Source of the DNA: Thermoanaerobaculia bacterium
GTDB lineage: Bacteria; Acidobacteriota; Thermoanaerobaculia; Multivoradales; Multivoraceae
Assembly: GCA_963666565.1 (NCBI GenBank)
Contig: OY762911.1
Coordinates: 2,368,001-2,432,000, forward strand
Reading direction: 5' to 3'
DNA length: 64,000 bases
The notes below the pieces were generated by a model. It did no database searches and had not been told where the DNA came from. It was given only the letters and a program-made list of their open reading frames with translations. Position numbers and translations under genes: made by a program. Within the stretch, counting starts at the first letter, position 1. The number at the start of each line of letters is the position of its first letter. Positions 50,330 to 59,028 of this stretch are shown here, piece by piece.

Positions 50330-51394
50330 TCACGAAGGCTCCTCGGCGGCGGCGGCGGCGGCGGCGGCGGCGTCGACGCGGGCCGGCTCGGCGGGGGTTC
50401 CCGGCGGATTGGGCCGCGGATCGACCAGCACCCGGCCGTCCGCGACGCGTACGTTGAAGGTTGGAATCGTCTCGGTGAAGGGCGGCGGCGAGCAGCCGTC
50501 CTCGGGACGGTACTGGTAGCCGTGCCACGGGCAGGTGATGCAGCCGTCGATGACCCGGCCTTCCCCCAGCGGGCCGTTCTGGTGCTGGCAGACGTTGGAG
50601 ACGGCCGCGATCCTCTCGCTGTCCTCGGTCCGGTAGCGGAAGACGGCCACGCGTTCGCCGCCCAGCACGAAGATGCGGGCGCGGTCGAGCGGGATGTCCG
50701 CGGCCGCGCAGACGAAGACGGCGGCGGCCTCCGGGGCGCGTTCGCGCCAGCCGGCCAGGAGGTGCAACGAGGAGATGCCGGCGAAGCCGATGCCCAGCAG
50801 AACGGCGAGCGCCGGCGGTCGCTCCGGGGCCTGCAGGCTGCCCAGCGCAACGTGCACGAGGATCAGTCCGTACGCGACGTAGACCAGCATGTGGAGCGAC
50901 TTCCAGACCGGCGCAGTGAGGTTCGCCAACCAGAAGTCGTGCGAGGTCGCCGCCATCAGGAACAGGATGACCAGCGCCGCGAGGCCGAGCGCCTGGAAGG
51001 GAAACTGCGACAGGCTGTCGTAGTTCCCGTTGCTCGCCAGCACGCTGACCAGGGGGTTCAGGACCCCGAGGCCGTGGAACTGGACGATCGCGAAGCCGCC
51101 GTGCGCGAGCGCCAGCAGGAACGTGCAGACGCCGAGGTGGCGGCGGTTGTAGAGCAAGGGAAGGAAGCGCCGGTCCAGCCGGCAGAGCGGTCCGATGGCG
51201 AGTACGACGTGGAGCAGCAACAGGGCGGCCGCGCCAAAGCCGCGGATCAGCAGCGTCTCGATCGTCGCCTGGGGCCGGGTCGCCATCCCGACGGCGACGA
51301 AGAGGCCGAGGAACGCCAGGACGCCGGCCGCGACCGTCAGGTCGTACAGCTTCTTGTTGCGGTTCCAGAGGACCGCCTGGTAGCCGGCGCTCAT
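50330..51394 (-). CDS. Ferric-reductase-like (MsrQ-type) transmembrane domain fused to Rieske 2Fe-2S domain
   Basis: LYNRRHLGV, MAATSHD, WKSLHMLVY..H heme ligands; CQHQNGPL...CPWHG Rieske motifs; C-terminal 9-Ala run. Confidence 0.9.
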   Translation of the reverse strand: MSAGYQAVLWNRNKKLYDLTVAAGVLAFLGLFVAVGMATRPQATIETLLIRGFGAAALLLLHVVLAIGPLCRLDRRFLPLLYNRRHLGVCTFLLALAHGGFAIVQFHGLGVLNPLVSVLASNGNYDSLSQFPFQALGLAALVILFLMAATSHDFWLANLTAPVWKSLHMLVYVAYGLILVHVALGSLQAPERPPALAVLLGIGFAGISSLHLLAGWRERAPEAAAVFVCAAADIPLDRARIFVLGGERVAVFRYRTEDSERIAAVSNVCQHQNGPLGEGRVIDGCITCPWHGYQYRPEDGCSPPPFTETIPTFNVRVADGRVLVDPRPNPPGTPAEPARVDAAAAAAAAAEEPS

Positions 51395-51654
51395 GGATCG
51401 GCGCGTTCCTGGCCGGTTTCGGCGTCTCTGGCGGCGTCTGAAGGGGGCGGTGCTCCGGACCCTCGCGCTTCGTTCCGCGGCGGCTGATCGTCGGGATCGT
51501 TGGCCGGCGTCTCCGCGGCTCTGCGTGGCTCGGGCAACTCGTCCATGAGCGGCGGCTCGGGCCTGGACAGCAGGGCGAGCGCCAGCAGGATCGCCACGAT
51601 CGGAGACAGCACCGCCCACGCGAGGCGGTGGCGGCGCCGCAGACGGCGGATCAC
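51391..51654 (-). CDS. Small single-TM hypothetical protein
   Basis: RRLRRRHRLAWAVLSPIVAILLALALL; GTGA and ATGA overlaps on both sides. Confidence 0.7.
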   Translation of the reverse strand: MIRRLRRRHRLAWAVLSPIVAILLALALLSRPEPPLMDELPEPRRAAETPANDPDDQPPRNEARGSGAPPPSDAARDAETGQERADP

Positions 51655-51929
51655 CCGGAACTCCGTTCGGCGCCGCCGCCGGCCGCGTCGCGATGCGCGT
51701 TGCGCTCCACCGGCGGCGGGCGGCCGGCGATCCACCGCCGCAGCAGCACGGGCCACAACGCCGCGACGCCGGGAAGAACGATCAGCCGGAAGCCCCATCC
51801 GGCCGATCGCGCGGCGGGATCGACCCGGCCGGCGCCGCGCCAGACGAAGAAGAGCGAGAAGGCCAGCCCGCAGGCGATGTACACGGTGCAGAGCAGCACG
51901 ACGACCTCGGCGGCGCGCACGATGGACAT
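51651..51929 (-). CDS. Small two-TM hypothetical protein
   Basis: YIACGLAFSLFFV...VDPAA...GFRLIVLPGVAALWPVLLRRW. Confidence 0.72.
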   Translation of the reverse strand: MSIVRAAEVVVLLCTVYIACGLAFSLFFVWRGAGRVDPAARSAGWGFRLIVLPGVAALWPVLLRRWIAGRPPPVERNAHRDAAGGGAERSSG

Positions 51930-51974
51930 CGCCGCGAGTATACGCGGGCATCGCGCCGGGTCGTCGTCGCGGAC

Positions 51975-51999
51975 TGGGTGCGCGGGTCTTCCGACCCGC
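51975..51999 (+). repeat. REP-like family 1 copy in divergent promoter region
   Basis: TGGGTGCGCGGGTCTTCCGACCCGC. Confidence 0.9.
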
Positions 52000-52065
52000 T
52001 CTGCCGTAGACTCCGCATCCGTGCGCATCTCCGACGATGTACGACTGGACCCCGAGGACGACGAC

Positions 52066-53232
52066 ATGCCCAGACCGATTCACGCTACGGCGACGACGCG
52101 CGAAGGAGCGCCGGGTTTGCCGCTGCTTCGCTGCGACTGGATCGCCGCACTCGCCACCCTGACGTTGGCCTTCGCGCTGCCGGCGGCCGGCCAGGACGCG
52201 GAGAACATGACCGTCGAGGCCTACGAGCCGCGCTCGACGCTCAAGGTGCCGGGCGGCCCGGTGACGCGCGCGAAGTTCCCCTTCGTCGACGCTCACGGCC
52301 ACATGCGCGGCAGCGACCCGGCCCGGGTCGACCGGATGGTCCAGGTCATGGACGAGCTGAACATGGCCGTGTTCGTCAACCTGAGCGGCGGCTCGGGCGA
52401 GCGTCTCAAGGCGAACATCGCGGCGACGAACGGCCGGTATCCGGGACGGTTCGTCGTCTACGCGAACGTCGACTTTTCGGGCATCGGCCAACCCGGCTGG
52501 GGTAAGAAGGCGGCGGCGCAGCTCGAAGCCGACGTTGCGGCCGGCGCGCAGGGCCTCAAGATCTACAAGAACCTCAGCATGTTCCAGACCGACAGCGCGG
52601 GGAAGAGGGTGGCGGCGGACGACCCACGGATCGCGCCGGTGTGGGAGAAGGCGGGCGAACTGGGAATTCCGGTGCTCATTCACGTCGGCGAACCGTCGGC
52701 GTTCTGGGACCCGTGGGACGAGCGCAACGAGCGCTGGCTCGAACTCAAGATGTTCCCGAACCGCCGCCGCGACGACCCCAAGCGCTTCGCATCGTTCGAG
52801 CAGACGATGGGCGAGCAGCACAACCTGTTCCGCAACCACCCGAACACGACGTTCATCAACGCCCACCTCGGCTGGTTCGGCAACGACCTGGCGCGGCTGG
52901 GCAAACTGCTCGACGAGCTGCCGAACGTCTACACCGAACTCGGCGCCGTCCTCGCCGAACTGGGCCGGCAGCCGATCACGGGCGCCGCCTTCCTGGAGAA
53001 GTACCAGGACCGCGTCCTGATGGGGAAGGACTCATGGGATCCGATCGAGGGCTACCACGTCTACTTCCGGGTGCTCGAGACGCGGGACGAGTACTTCGAC
53101 TACTACCGCAAGCGCCACGCCCACTGGAAGATGTACGGGCTCGGCGTGTCCGACGAGGCGCTCGAGAAGATCTACTTCCGCAACGCGCTGAAGATCATCC
53201 CCGGCCTCGACCGGAGCCTCTTCCCGGAGTAG
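52066..53232 (+). CDS. Secreted amidohydrolase (Amidohydro_2 family)
   Basis: Signal peptide; DAHGH, GLKIYK, PVLIHVG, HPNTTFINAH, DRVLMGKD, KIYFRNA. Confidence 0.88.
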   Translation: MPRPIHATATTREGAPGLPLLRCDWIAALATLTLAFALPAAGQDAENMTVEAYEPRSTLKVPGGPVTRAKFPFVDAHGHMRGSDPARVDRMVQVMDELNMAVFVNLSGGSGERLKANIAATNGRYPGRFVVYANVDFSGIGQPGWGKKAAAQLEADVAAGAQGLKIYKNLSMFQTDSAGKRVAADDPRIAPVWEKAGELGIPVLIHVGEPSAFWDPWDERNERWLELKMFPNRRRDDPKRFASFEQTMGEQHNLFRNHPNTTFINAHLGWFGNDLARLGKLLDELPNVYTELGAVLAELGRQPITGAAFLEKYQDRVLMGKDSWDPIEGYHVYFRVLETRDEYFDYYRKRHAHWKMYGLGVSDEALEKIYFRNALKIIPGLDRSLFPE

Positions 53233-53237
53233 CAACT

Positions 53238-53375
53238 GGGTGCGCGGGTCTTCCGACCCGCTCACGGGCGTAGCCGCGAAGCGGTGAAGCCCGGACAAGA
53301 GGGCCGCCGGCCGAAGGCCGGCGACAATGCTGGAGGCCGCCTTTGGCGGCAGCGGGTCGGAAGACCCGCGCACCC
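53238..53375. mobile_element. REPIN/MITE-like element, paralog of 22759-22897
   Basis: Inverted 24-bp REP ends; shared interior motifs CACGGGCG.AGCCGC, GAAGCCCGGACAA, GCCGCCGGCCGA.GGCCGGCGAC. Confidence 0.75.
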
Positions 53376-53391
53376 GGCGGTCGGCCGGTCG

Positions 53392-54588
53392 TCAGGGCCC
53401 GGTCGCTTCGCCGGCCTCCGCGGCTTCCGGCTCCGGCGAACCGGTGCATTCGCCGCAGTGGACGTCTGCGACCGCTTCGCCGGCGGCGAGCTGTGCCACC
53501 CAGTCGCGGATCTTCACCCCGTCCGACTCGTACGTGTAGAACTGGGGCCGCAGCATGATCGTGTGCAGCTCGCCCGCCGCGATGTAGCTCCGGTAGTTGT
53601 CCTGGCCTTCGAGCGCGGCGTCGATGTCCGCCTCGTTCGCGTCGAGCAGCGGCTGCAGGCCGCCGCTGACGTCGGTGCCGGCGATCTCCAGGAACTGAAT
53701 CTGGACGTCGTCCTCCGCGGTGTCGTAGCGCGTGAACGTCGCCTCGGGGTGGGCCTTGGCGGCCTGGACGTACAGCGCCTCGAACGAGAAGTTGTCGCCG
53801 TCCACTTCGTTCATGTTCTCGAAGTGCGAGAGAGCGGCCAGCGTTCCCCAGGAGTCGTGCGGCCGGCTGTCGGTGAGGTTGCGGTAACCGCCGGCGCCGT
53901 CGCCGAGGGCGGTGACGCGCGCGGCCGGGTAGTTCTCGGCGAAGTGCCGGGCGTAGACCGGCGATGGGATCGAGCCGGCGCTCGAACCGGTGACGAACAC
54001 CGCCTTCGGGCCGAGGAAGTGCTCGTAGGTCCAGTCGAGAGCCGCCCGGCCGTTCGTGTAGCCGCGGTGGTGGATGGTGAACTCGCGCGCCGGCGCATCC
54101 TCGGTGGCCGCCGCCTCGTAGACCGCGTCGCGGTCGCCGATGTGGACGTCGCCCGTGCAGTAGGGCACGAAGACGAAGCTGTGATCGGCGAACGGGTTCT
54201 CGGGATGGTTGAAGGCGGCGATGCCGTGGGCCGCACCTTCTTCGGGTTCCGTGCCGCTCGGAGAGCGCATCTCCTCGATCGCGGTCGTCGTGTAGGTCGG
54301 CCGTCCCCGCGGGTCGCAGGTCTCGGCGGTCCAGCAGCCGCCTCCGCCCTGGAGGTAGAAGACGAGTTGCGTCGGATCGGCCTTGCGGACGAAGAACCGG
54401 AACGGCGAGCCGTCCGAGCAGGTCGTGCTGCCGCCCGGCTCGATCGTGTTCCAGCCTTCCGCGAGGTCGGCGAGGGGCGCCTCGAGGTCGACCGGTTCCG
54501 GGGCTTCCTCGGCGGGAGTGCAGGCGAACGCCGCCAGAGCGGCAAGGGCCGCGACGGCGGCGAGACGGTGGGGATGTCGGTTCTTCAT
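53392..54588 (-). CDS. Pectinacetylesterase/Notum-family hydrolase lipoprotein
   Basis: Lipobox LAAFAC; CSDGS, LQGGGGCW...C, PYCTGDVH.G, TGSSAG. Confidence 0.85.
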   Translation of the reverse strand: MKNRHPHRLAAVAALAALAAFACTPAEEAPEPVDLEAPLADLAEGWNTIEPGGSTTCSDGSPFRFFVRKADPTQLVFYLQGGGGCWTAETCDPRGRPTYTTTAIEEMRSPSGTEPEEGAAHGIAAFNHPENPFADHSFVFVPYCTGDVHIGDRDAVYEAAATEDAPAREFTIHHRGYTNGRAALDWTYEHFLGPKAVFVTGSSAGSIPSPVYARHFAENYPAARVTALGDGAGGYRNLTDSRPHDSWGTLAALSHFENMNEVDGDNFSFEALYVQAAKAHPEATFTRYDTAEDDVQIQFLEIAGTDVSGGLQPLLDANEADIDAALEGQDNYRSYIAAGELHTIMLRPQFYTYESDGVKIRDWVAQLAAGEAVADVHCGECTGSPEPEAAEAGEATGP

Positions 54589-54616
54589 GTCGTTCTCCTT
54601 CGTGCGATTGCCGGCG

Positions 54617-55510
54617 TCAGCGCCCCGGGGCGAGGGTCGCGAGCGCGTCGACGTCGGCGCCCGGCTTGCCGTCGGGCCGGAACGCCTGGATGCAGACGTG
54701 GTCGGCGCCGGCGTCCCAGTGGGCCTGGATCCGCTCGCGGACCTGGTCCTCCGTGCCCCAGGCGACCAGGGCGTCGACCAGCCGGTCGCTGGCCTGGAAC
54801 TCCTCCCAGTCGTCCTCGTCGTAGCCCAGTTCCAGGAGGCTGTTCTGGTAGTTCGGGGCGCGCAGGTAGACGTAGAGGTTGGCGCGGCCGATCTTGCGGG
54901 CCGCCTCGGCGTCCGTGGTCAGGACGACCTTCTGTTCAGGGCAGAGCAGCGGACCTTCGCCCATGATCTCGCGCGCCCGCCGCGTGTGCTCGGGCGTCAC
55001 CAGGTAGGGATGAGCGCCGTCGGCGCCGGTCGCGGCGAGTTTCAGCATGAGCGGCCGCAGCGCGGCGATCACGATCGGCGCTTCCCGCTCGGGCTCGGGG
55101 CCGCGGTAGAACGCCTTGCCGACCGCCTCCAGGTACTCGCGCATCTTCGGCACGGGCGGCTTGTACTCGTGCCCGCGCAGGTGGGTGACGAGATGCGGAT
55201 GGGAGACCCCGAGGCCGAGGACGAACCGGCCCGGCAGCATCTCGGACAGCGTCTTGTGGACCGCCTTCGTCGTCATCGCGTCGCGGGCGTAGATGTTCGC
55301 GATGCCGGTCGCGTGAACGATGCGCTCGGTGCGCGCGCCGAGATAGGCGACGAGCGCGAACGGGTCCCGGCCGATCGCCTCCGGCGTCCACAGCGCGCCG
55401 TAGCCCTGGGCCTCGATCACGCGGGCGAACTCGGCCGCCTGCGGCGCCGAGAGGCCGTCGAGGCCGGCCCAGACGCCCAGCCGGCCGAGGTTGTGTGCCG
55501 AGTCCGTCAT
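54617..55510 (-). CDS. LLM-class (probably F420-dependent) oxidoreductase
   Basis: GYGALWTPE, ATGIANIYAR, GRFVLGLGVSH, AALRPLM, GAHPYLVTPEHT, AGADHVCIQ. Confidence 0.88.
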   Translation of the reverse strand: MTDSAHNLGRLGVWAGLDGLSAPQAAEFARVIEAQGYGALWTPEAIGRDPFALVAYLGARTERIVHATGIANIYARDAMTTKAVHKTLSEMLPGRFVLGLGVSHPHLVTHLRGHEYKPPVPKMREYLEAVGKAFYRGPEPEREAPIVIAALRPLMLKLAATGADGAHPYLVTPEHTRRAREIMGEGPLLCPEQKVVLTTDAEAARKIGRANLYVYLRAPNYQNSLLELGYDEDDWEEFQASDRLVDALVAWGTEDQVRERIQAHWDAGADHVCIQAFRPDGKPGADVDALATLAPGR

Positions 55511-55619
55511 CTTCGCCAAGGCTCCTCCGTCGCTGAAACGAGCGCCGACCGTATCAATTGCGCGGATCAATTGCGCGGAGCGCCGCCGCCTCAGCGCGTC
55601 GCCATGAAGGCGGCGACAG

Positions 55620-55684
55620 CCTGAGGGCCGGCGCGGTTCCAGGCCGGCTGCGCCGGCAAGCGGGTCGGAAGACCGCGCACCCAG
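55620..55684 (-). repeat. REP-like family 1 copy with extended tail
   Basis: Plus strand ...CCAGGCCGGCTGCGCCGGCAAGCGGGTCGGAAGACCGCGCACCCA (1-nt deletion). Confidence 0.8.
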
Positions 55685-55686
55685 CC

Positions 55687-55956
55687 TCAGTTCGGGATGA
55701 AGGTCCTGATCAGAGCGGCCAGGATCGAGATGCCGGCGCCGGCGATGACGCCTATCAGCCAGCGCGCCGTCCTGGCTTCCCGTTCAGCGATCGCCGTCAT
55801 GACCTTCTGGATGTCCTCCTTGGTCGCGAGACTCTCGAATCGCGCCTCAAGGGCCGCCAAACGCCCCTCGACCCCGCGCAGCCGCGAGTCGATATCGCCG
55901 GGACCGCCATCGCTCGGACCCTGAACGGCTTTCGGGAAGCGTCTCCCGTTACTCAT
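55687..55956 (-). CDS. Small coiled-coil protein with C-terminal TM anchor (DUF1640/CCDC90-like)
   Basis: RLRGVEGRLAALE..LATKEDI...WLIGVIAGAGISILAAL. Confidence 0.65.
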   Translation of the reverse strand: MSNGRRFPKAVQGPSDGGPGDIDSRLRGVEGRLAALEARFESLATKEDIQKVMTAIAEREARTARWLIGVIAGAGISILAALIRTFIPN

Positions 55957-56230
55957 CCTTGGCCCTGGCCCAATCGTCCAGCTTCTCCCACAGCTCCCCG
56001 TCTTCGTAACCGCTGTAGGCCCCGACCCGGACCACGACCCCGGCGCGCTCCGCGCCTCCCCGCGGCCCTATTCCGACCGCCTCGCAGACCTCGTTGCAGG
56101 TCTTGTGGTCGCCGGCTACGAACCAGACGCGCTCCGGGACGACCTCGATGTGCCGATCCGGAAACGCCATCGGCACGGCCGTCGGTGGCAGATCGCTGTC
56201 CGGCGTCCTGACAATGACGAAACGTCTCAC
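55949..56230 (-). CDS. Small hypothetical protein
   Basis: 93 aa, stop overlaps next start; VWFV...VVVRVGAYSGY...LWEKL. Confidence 0.55.
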   Translation of the reverse strand: MRRFVIVRTPDSDLPPTAVPMAFPDRHIEVVPERVWFVAGDHKTCNEVCEAVGIGPRGGAERAGVVVRVGAYSGYEDGELWEKLDDWARAKDE

Positions 56231-56399
56231 GGGCGAAGTCTCCGGTCCAGAGCGGGCGAGTGCGTCATGCTCTCGATACTAGCCACCGAAGCCCGCCGTT
56301 GGGAAGGAGACGAGGCACGTCGACTAGCCGGCATGTCTCGCCGCGGTCCGTGACGAGGCCGGCGCCGCCTTGAACCAGCGGTGCTAACGTCCCCGGCCA

Positions 56400-57146
56400 A
56401 TGAGAACCGCCGACCGATCCCCCACGACTCGGGCAGCCGCGCTTTCTCCAGCGCCACCGGGAACCTGGGCCTGGGAACACTGGTTCGGCCTCGCCGGCCT
56501 CGTCCTGCTCGTGGCGGGCGTCTACGTCGGCCTGTTCGTGGCGCCCACCGAGCGCTTCATGGGCGAGGTCTACCGCATCCTCTACGTCCACGTGCCGCTG
56601 CAGTGGAACGCACTGCTCTGCTTCTTCGGCGCCGGCTTTGTGGGCGCCGCGTCGCTGTGGAAGCGCAAGGACTGGATCGACGGCATGCTCGTCGGCGTGA
56701 TCGAGGTCGGCGTCGTGCTGGAGACGGCGGGGCTGCTCTCCGGCATCGTCTGGGCCAAGCCGACCTGGGGCGTCTACTGGGCTTGGGACCCGCGCCTGAC
56801 CTTCACCTTCGTCATGTGGCTTACGTTCCTCGGCGTGCTGGCGCTGCGGCGGCTCGCCGAAGAGCACCGGCGGGCGCCCTGGACGGCGGCGGCGAGCATC
56901 GTCGCCTCGGTCAACGCGCCGCTCGTCTACTACTCCGTGAACTGGTGGCGGAGCATCCACCAGATGCAGTCGTCGCCCGAGACGGTCCATACGACGATGA
57001 TCCTGCCGCTCCGCATGAACGCGATCGCCCTGCTGCTCGTCTGCGTCTGGTTCGTGGCGCGCCGCGCCCGGATCTCGCTGGCGCGGCGGGAGGCCGAGGC
57101 GATCCCGGCGCCGGCGCGCATCGCGCCGGTTCTGGAGGGCGCTTGA
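56400..57146 (+). CDS. ccmC: Cytochrome c biogenesis heme exporter CcmC
   Basis: YRILYVHVP, WAKPTWGVYWAWDPRLT (WWD motif), SVNWWRSIHQ. Confidence 0.9.
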   Translation: MRTADRSPTTRAAALSPAPPGTWAWEHWFGLAGLVLLVAGVYVGLFVAPTERFMGEVYRILYVHVPLQWNALLCFFGAGFVGAASLWKRKDWIDGMLVGVIEVGVVLETAGLLSGIVWAKPTWGVYWAWDPRLTFTFVMWLTFLGVLALRRLAEEHRRAPWTAAASIVASVNAPLVYYSVNWWRSIHQMQSSPETVHTTMILPLRMNAIALLLVCVWFVARRARISLARREAEAIPAPARIAPVLEGA

Positions 57147-57180
57147 GCGTTCCCGGAGCGCCGCATTCCACTACAAGCCC

Positions 57181-57241
57181 GACCGCACGAACCTGACTTC
57201 ACGAACCGGCTTCACGAGCCAGACTGCACGAACCTGACTGC
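57181..57241 (+). repeat. Degenerate 14-bp tandem repeat, about 4.4 copies
   Basis: GACCGCACGAACCT GACTTCACGAACC GGCTTCACGAGCCA GACTGCACGAACCT GACTGC. Confidence 0.8.
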
Positions 57242-57260
57242 CAGATCGAGGAGACCGTCC

Positions 57261-58037
57261 ATGACCGCCCCGAACTACGAGCAGATCCTGGTCGAGGACC
57301 GGGACGGTACCCGCATCCTCACTCTGAACCGGCCGGACAAGCTGAACGCCTGGACCCGGCAGATGAACTTCGAGCTGGTGGACGCGATCGAAGCCGCCAA
57401 CGCGGACCCCGGGCTGTCGGCCATCGTCGTCACCGGGGCGGGACGCGGGTTCTGCGCCGGCGCCGACATCGGGGCCCAGTTCAAGGCCCGGCTCGACGGC
57501 GGCGAGGCCGGAGCGGAGGCCGACCGCACGCCCCCGCGCCCGTGGGTGGAACTGGTGCGGGAGTCGAAGCCGATGATCGCCGCGATCAACGGCGTCGCCG
57601 TGGGCGTCGGGATCACGCTGGCCCTGCCTTTCGACGTCATCGTGCTCTCGGAACGCGCCCGCGTCGGCATGTTCTTCGTGCGGATGGGGCTGGTGCCTGA
57701 ACTCTGCTCCTCCCACTTCCTCGTGCAGCGCGTCGGCTGGGCGAAGGCGAGCGAGATGTGCCTGACCGGAGCCCTCTACGACGCCGCCGAACTCGAGGCG
57801 ATGGGCTTCGCGAACGCCGTCGTGCCGCACGACGAGACGCTGGGTCGCGCGCTCGAACTCGCGGCCCGGATCGGCAAGAACGCCGACAGTTCCCTGCGCG
57901 CCGTCAAGCGGCTGCTGACGAAGAACGGCTCATCGCACGATCTCGGCGAGGTCCACCGCCGCGAATCGGAGGAACTCCGGGCGGCCTACCAGAGCGACGC
58001 TCACCGCGAAGCCGTCGCCGCCTTCATGAAGCGCTGA
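57261..58037 (+). CDS. Enoyl-CoA hydratase/isomerase family protein
   Basis: LTLNRPDKLNA, TGAGRGFCAGAD, KPMIAAINGVAVGVG, F.RMGLVPE; GAGGAG RBS. Confidence 0.93.
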   Translation: MTAPNYEQILVEDRDGTRILTLNRPDKLNAWTRQMNFELVDAIEAANADPGLSAIVVTGAGRGFCAGADIGAQFKARLDGGEAGAEADRTPPRPWVELVRESKPMIAAINGVAVGVGITLALPFDVIVLSERARVGMFFVRMGLVPELCSSHFLVQRVGWAKASEMCLTGALYDAAELEAMGFANAVVPHDETLGRALELAARIGKNADSSLRAVKRLLTKNGSSHDLGEVHRRESEELRAAYQSDAHREAVAAFMKR

Positions 58038-58050
58038 CCCGCTGGCTGGC

Positions 58051-58152
58051 TGGGTGCGCGGGTCTCCCGACCCGCCTGCTGGGTGCGCGGGTCTTCTGAC
58101 CCGCTTGCCGGCGTAGCTGGCCAGAAACCGCGCCGGCCGTCAGGCCGGCTCC
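58051..58152 (+). repeat. Two direct REP-like family 1 copies plus tail
   Basis: GGGTGCGCGGGTCTCCCGACCCGC and GGGTGCGCGGGTCTTCTGACCCGC...GCGCCGGCCGTCAGGCCGGCTCC. Confidence 0.9.
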
Positions 58153-58953
58153 CTACCCGTCATGCACCGTCAGCCTGCAAAGCAGCGTGTTCTGCGTCTC
58201 CAGGTCCGCCGACCAGATCAGGCGCGCTCCGCCCCGCCAGTCGATCGCGTCGTAGCCGCCCTTCGGCCTGACCGCCGCCGAGCTGTGCTCGACCGCCGCC
58301 GGCCACTCGCTGTCGTCGAATCCGGGCGCCCGCCAGCCTTCGGGCTCCGCCGTTGCCGTGAACCCGCACGGGCCGACGCCGGCCTCCGGATCGGCCTCGT
58401 CCTCGCAGGCGCGGTCGAGCGGCGCCTCGTGGATCACGAGGCAACGCCAGTCGTCGTTCGTCACGGCGACCGTCTCGCCAGTGGCGGCGTCGGTGAACTG
58501 CGCGATGAGTCCGCCGTCGCCCATCTGCTGGTTGCCGCGGCCGATGTACTCGAGGCCCGTGTCGTTCTCCTTGAAGTCCTTGGCGACGAAGTTCAGTTGC
58601 AGCGGGTAGTCCGCGTTGAAGACGAAGGCCTCGGCGTTGAACGACCGTTCCGTCCCGATCGACACGGAGTCTTCGATGATCGGGCGGTCGCCCAAGTAGA
58701 AGGCGAACCAGTTGTCGGCCCAGACCTCGCCCCTGATGGACGAGGCGCCCGGTCCCTCGACGACGATGGTCTCGGGCGGCGCGCCGCCGCCGCCTCCGCC
58801 GCAACCGAGAAGGAGCGCGGCCAGGATCGCCACGCCGAACGTCGCGATTCGCGTAGCGACGTACTCTGGGGTTGGGAGTTCGGGCTCGCGGCTTCGCGGC
58901 TTCGCGCCCGGTGCCGGCCTGAAGGCCGGCGCACCGACATTGGGGCTCTTCAT
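58153..58953 (-). CDS. Putative lipoprotein with lectin-like beta-sandwich domain
   Basis: Lipobox-like LLLGC; WADNWFAFY, GDGGLIAQF, FDDSEWP, A.LIWS.DL; fold is inferred. Confidence 0.7.
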   Translation of the reverse strand: MKSPNVGAPAFRPAPGAKPRSREPELPTPEYVATRIATFGVAILAALLLGCGGGGGGAPPETIVVEGPGASSIRGEVWADNWFAFYLGDRPIIEDSVSIGTERSFNAEAFVFNADYPLQLNFVAKDFKENDTGLEYIGRGNQQMGDGGLIAQFTDAATGETVAVTNDDWRCLVIHEAPLDRACEDEADPEAGVGPCGFTATAEPEGWRAPGFDDSEWPAAVEHSSAAVRPKGGYDAIDWRGGARLIWSADLETQNTLLCRLTVHDG

Positions 58954-59028
58954 GGCGTGCCTTTCGTACAGTCTGGTGGCCGTTGGGTTCGGTTTCCGCG
59001 AGTCAGAACGCCGACGCCGGCCGGAAGG

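Noticed and set aside
50344-50371. (GCC)9 poly-Ala run as a phase-variation switch
   Set aside because: Triplet unit at the extreme C-terminus; slippage would not change the frame.
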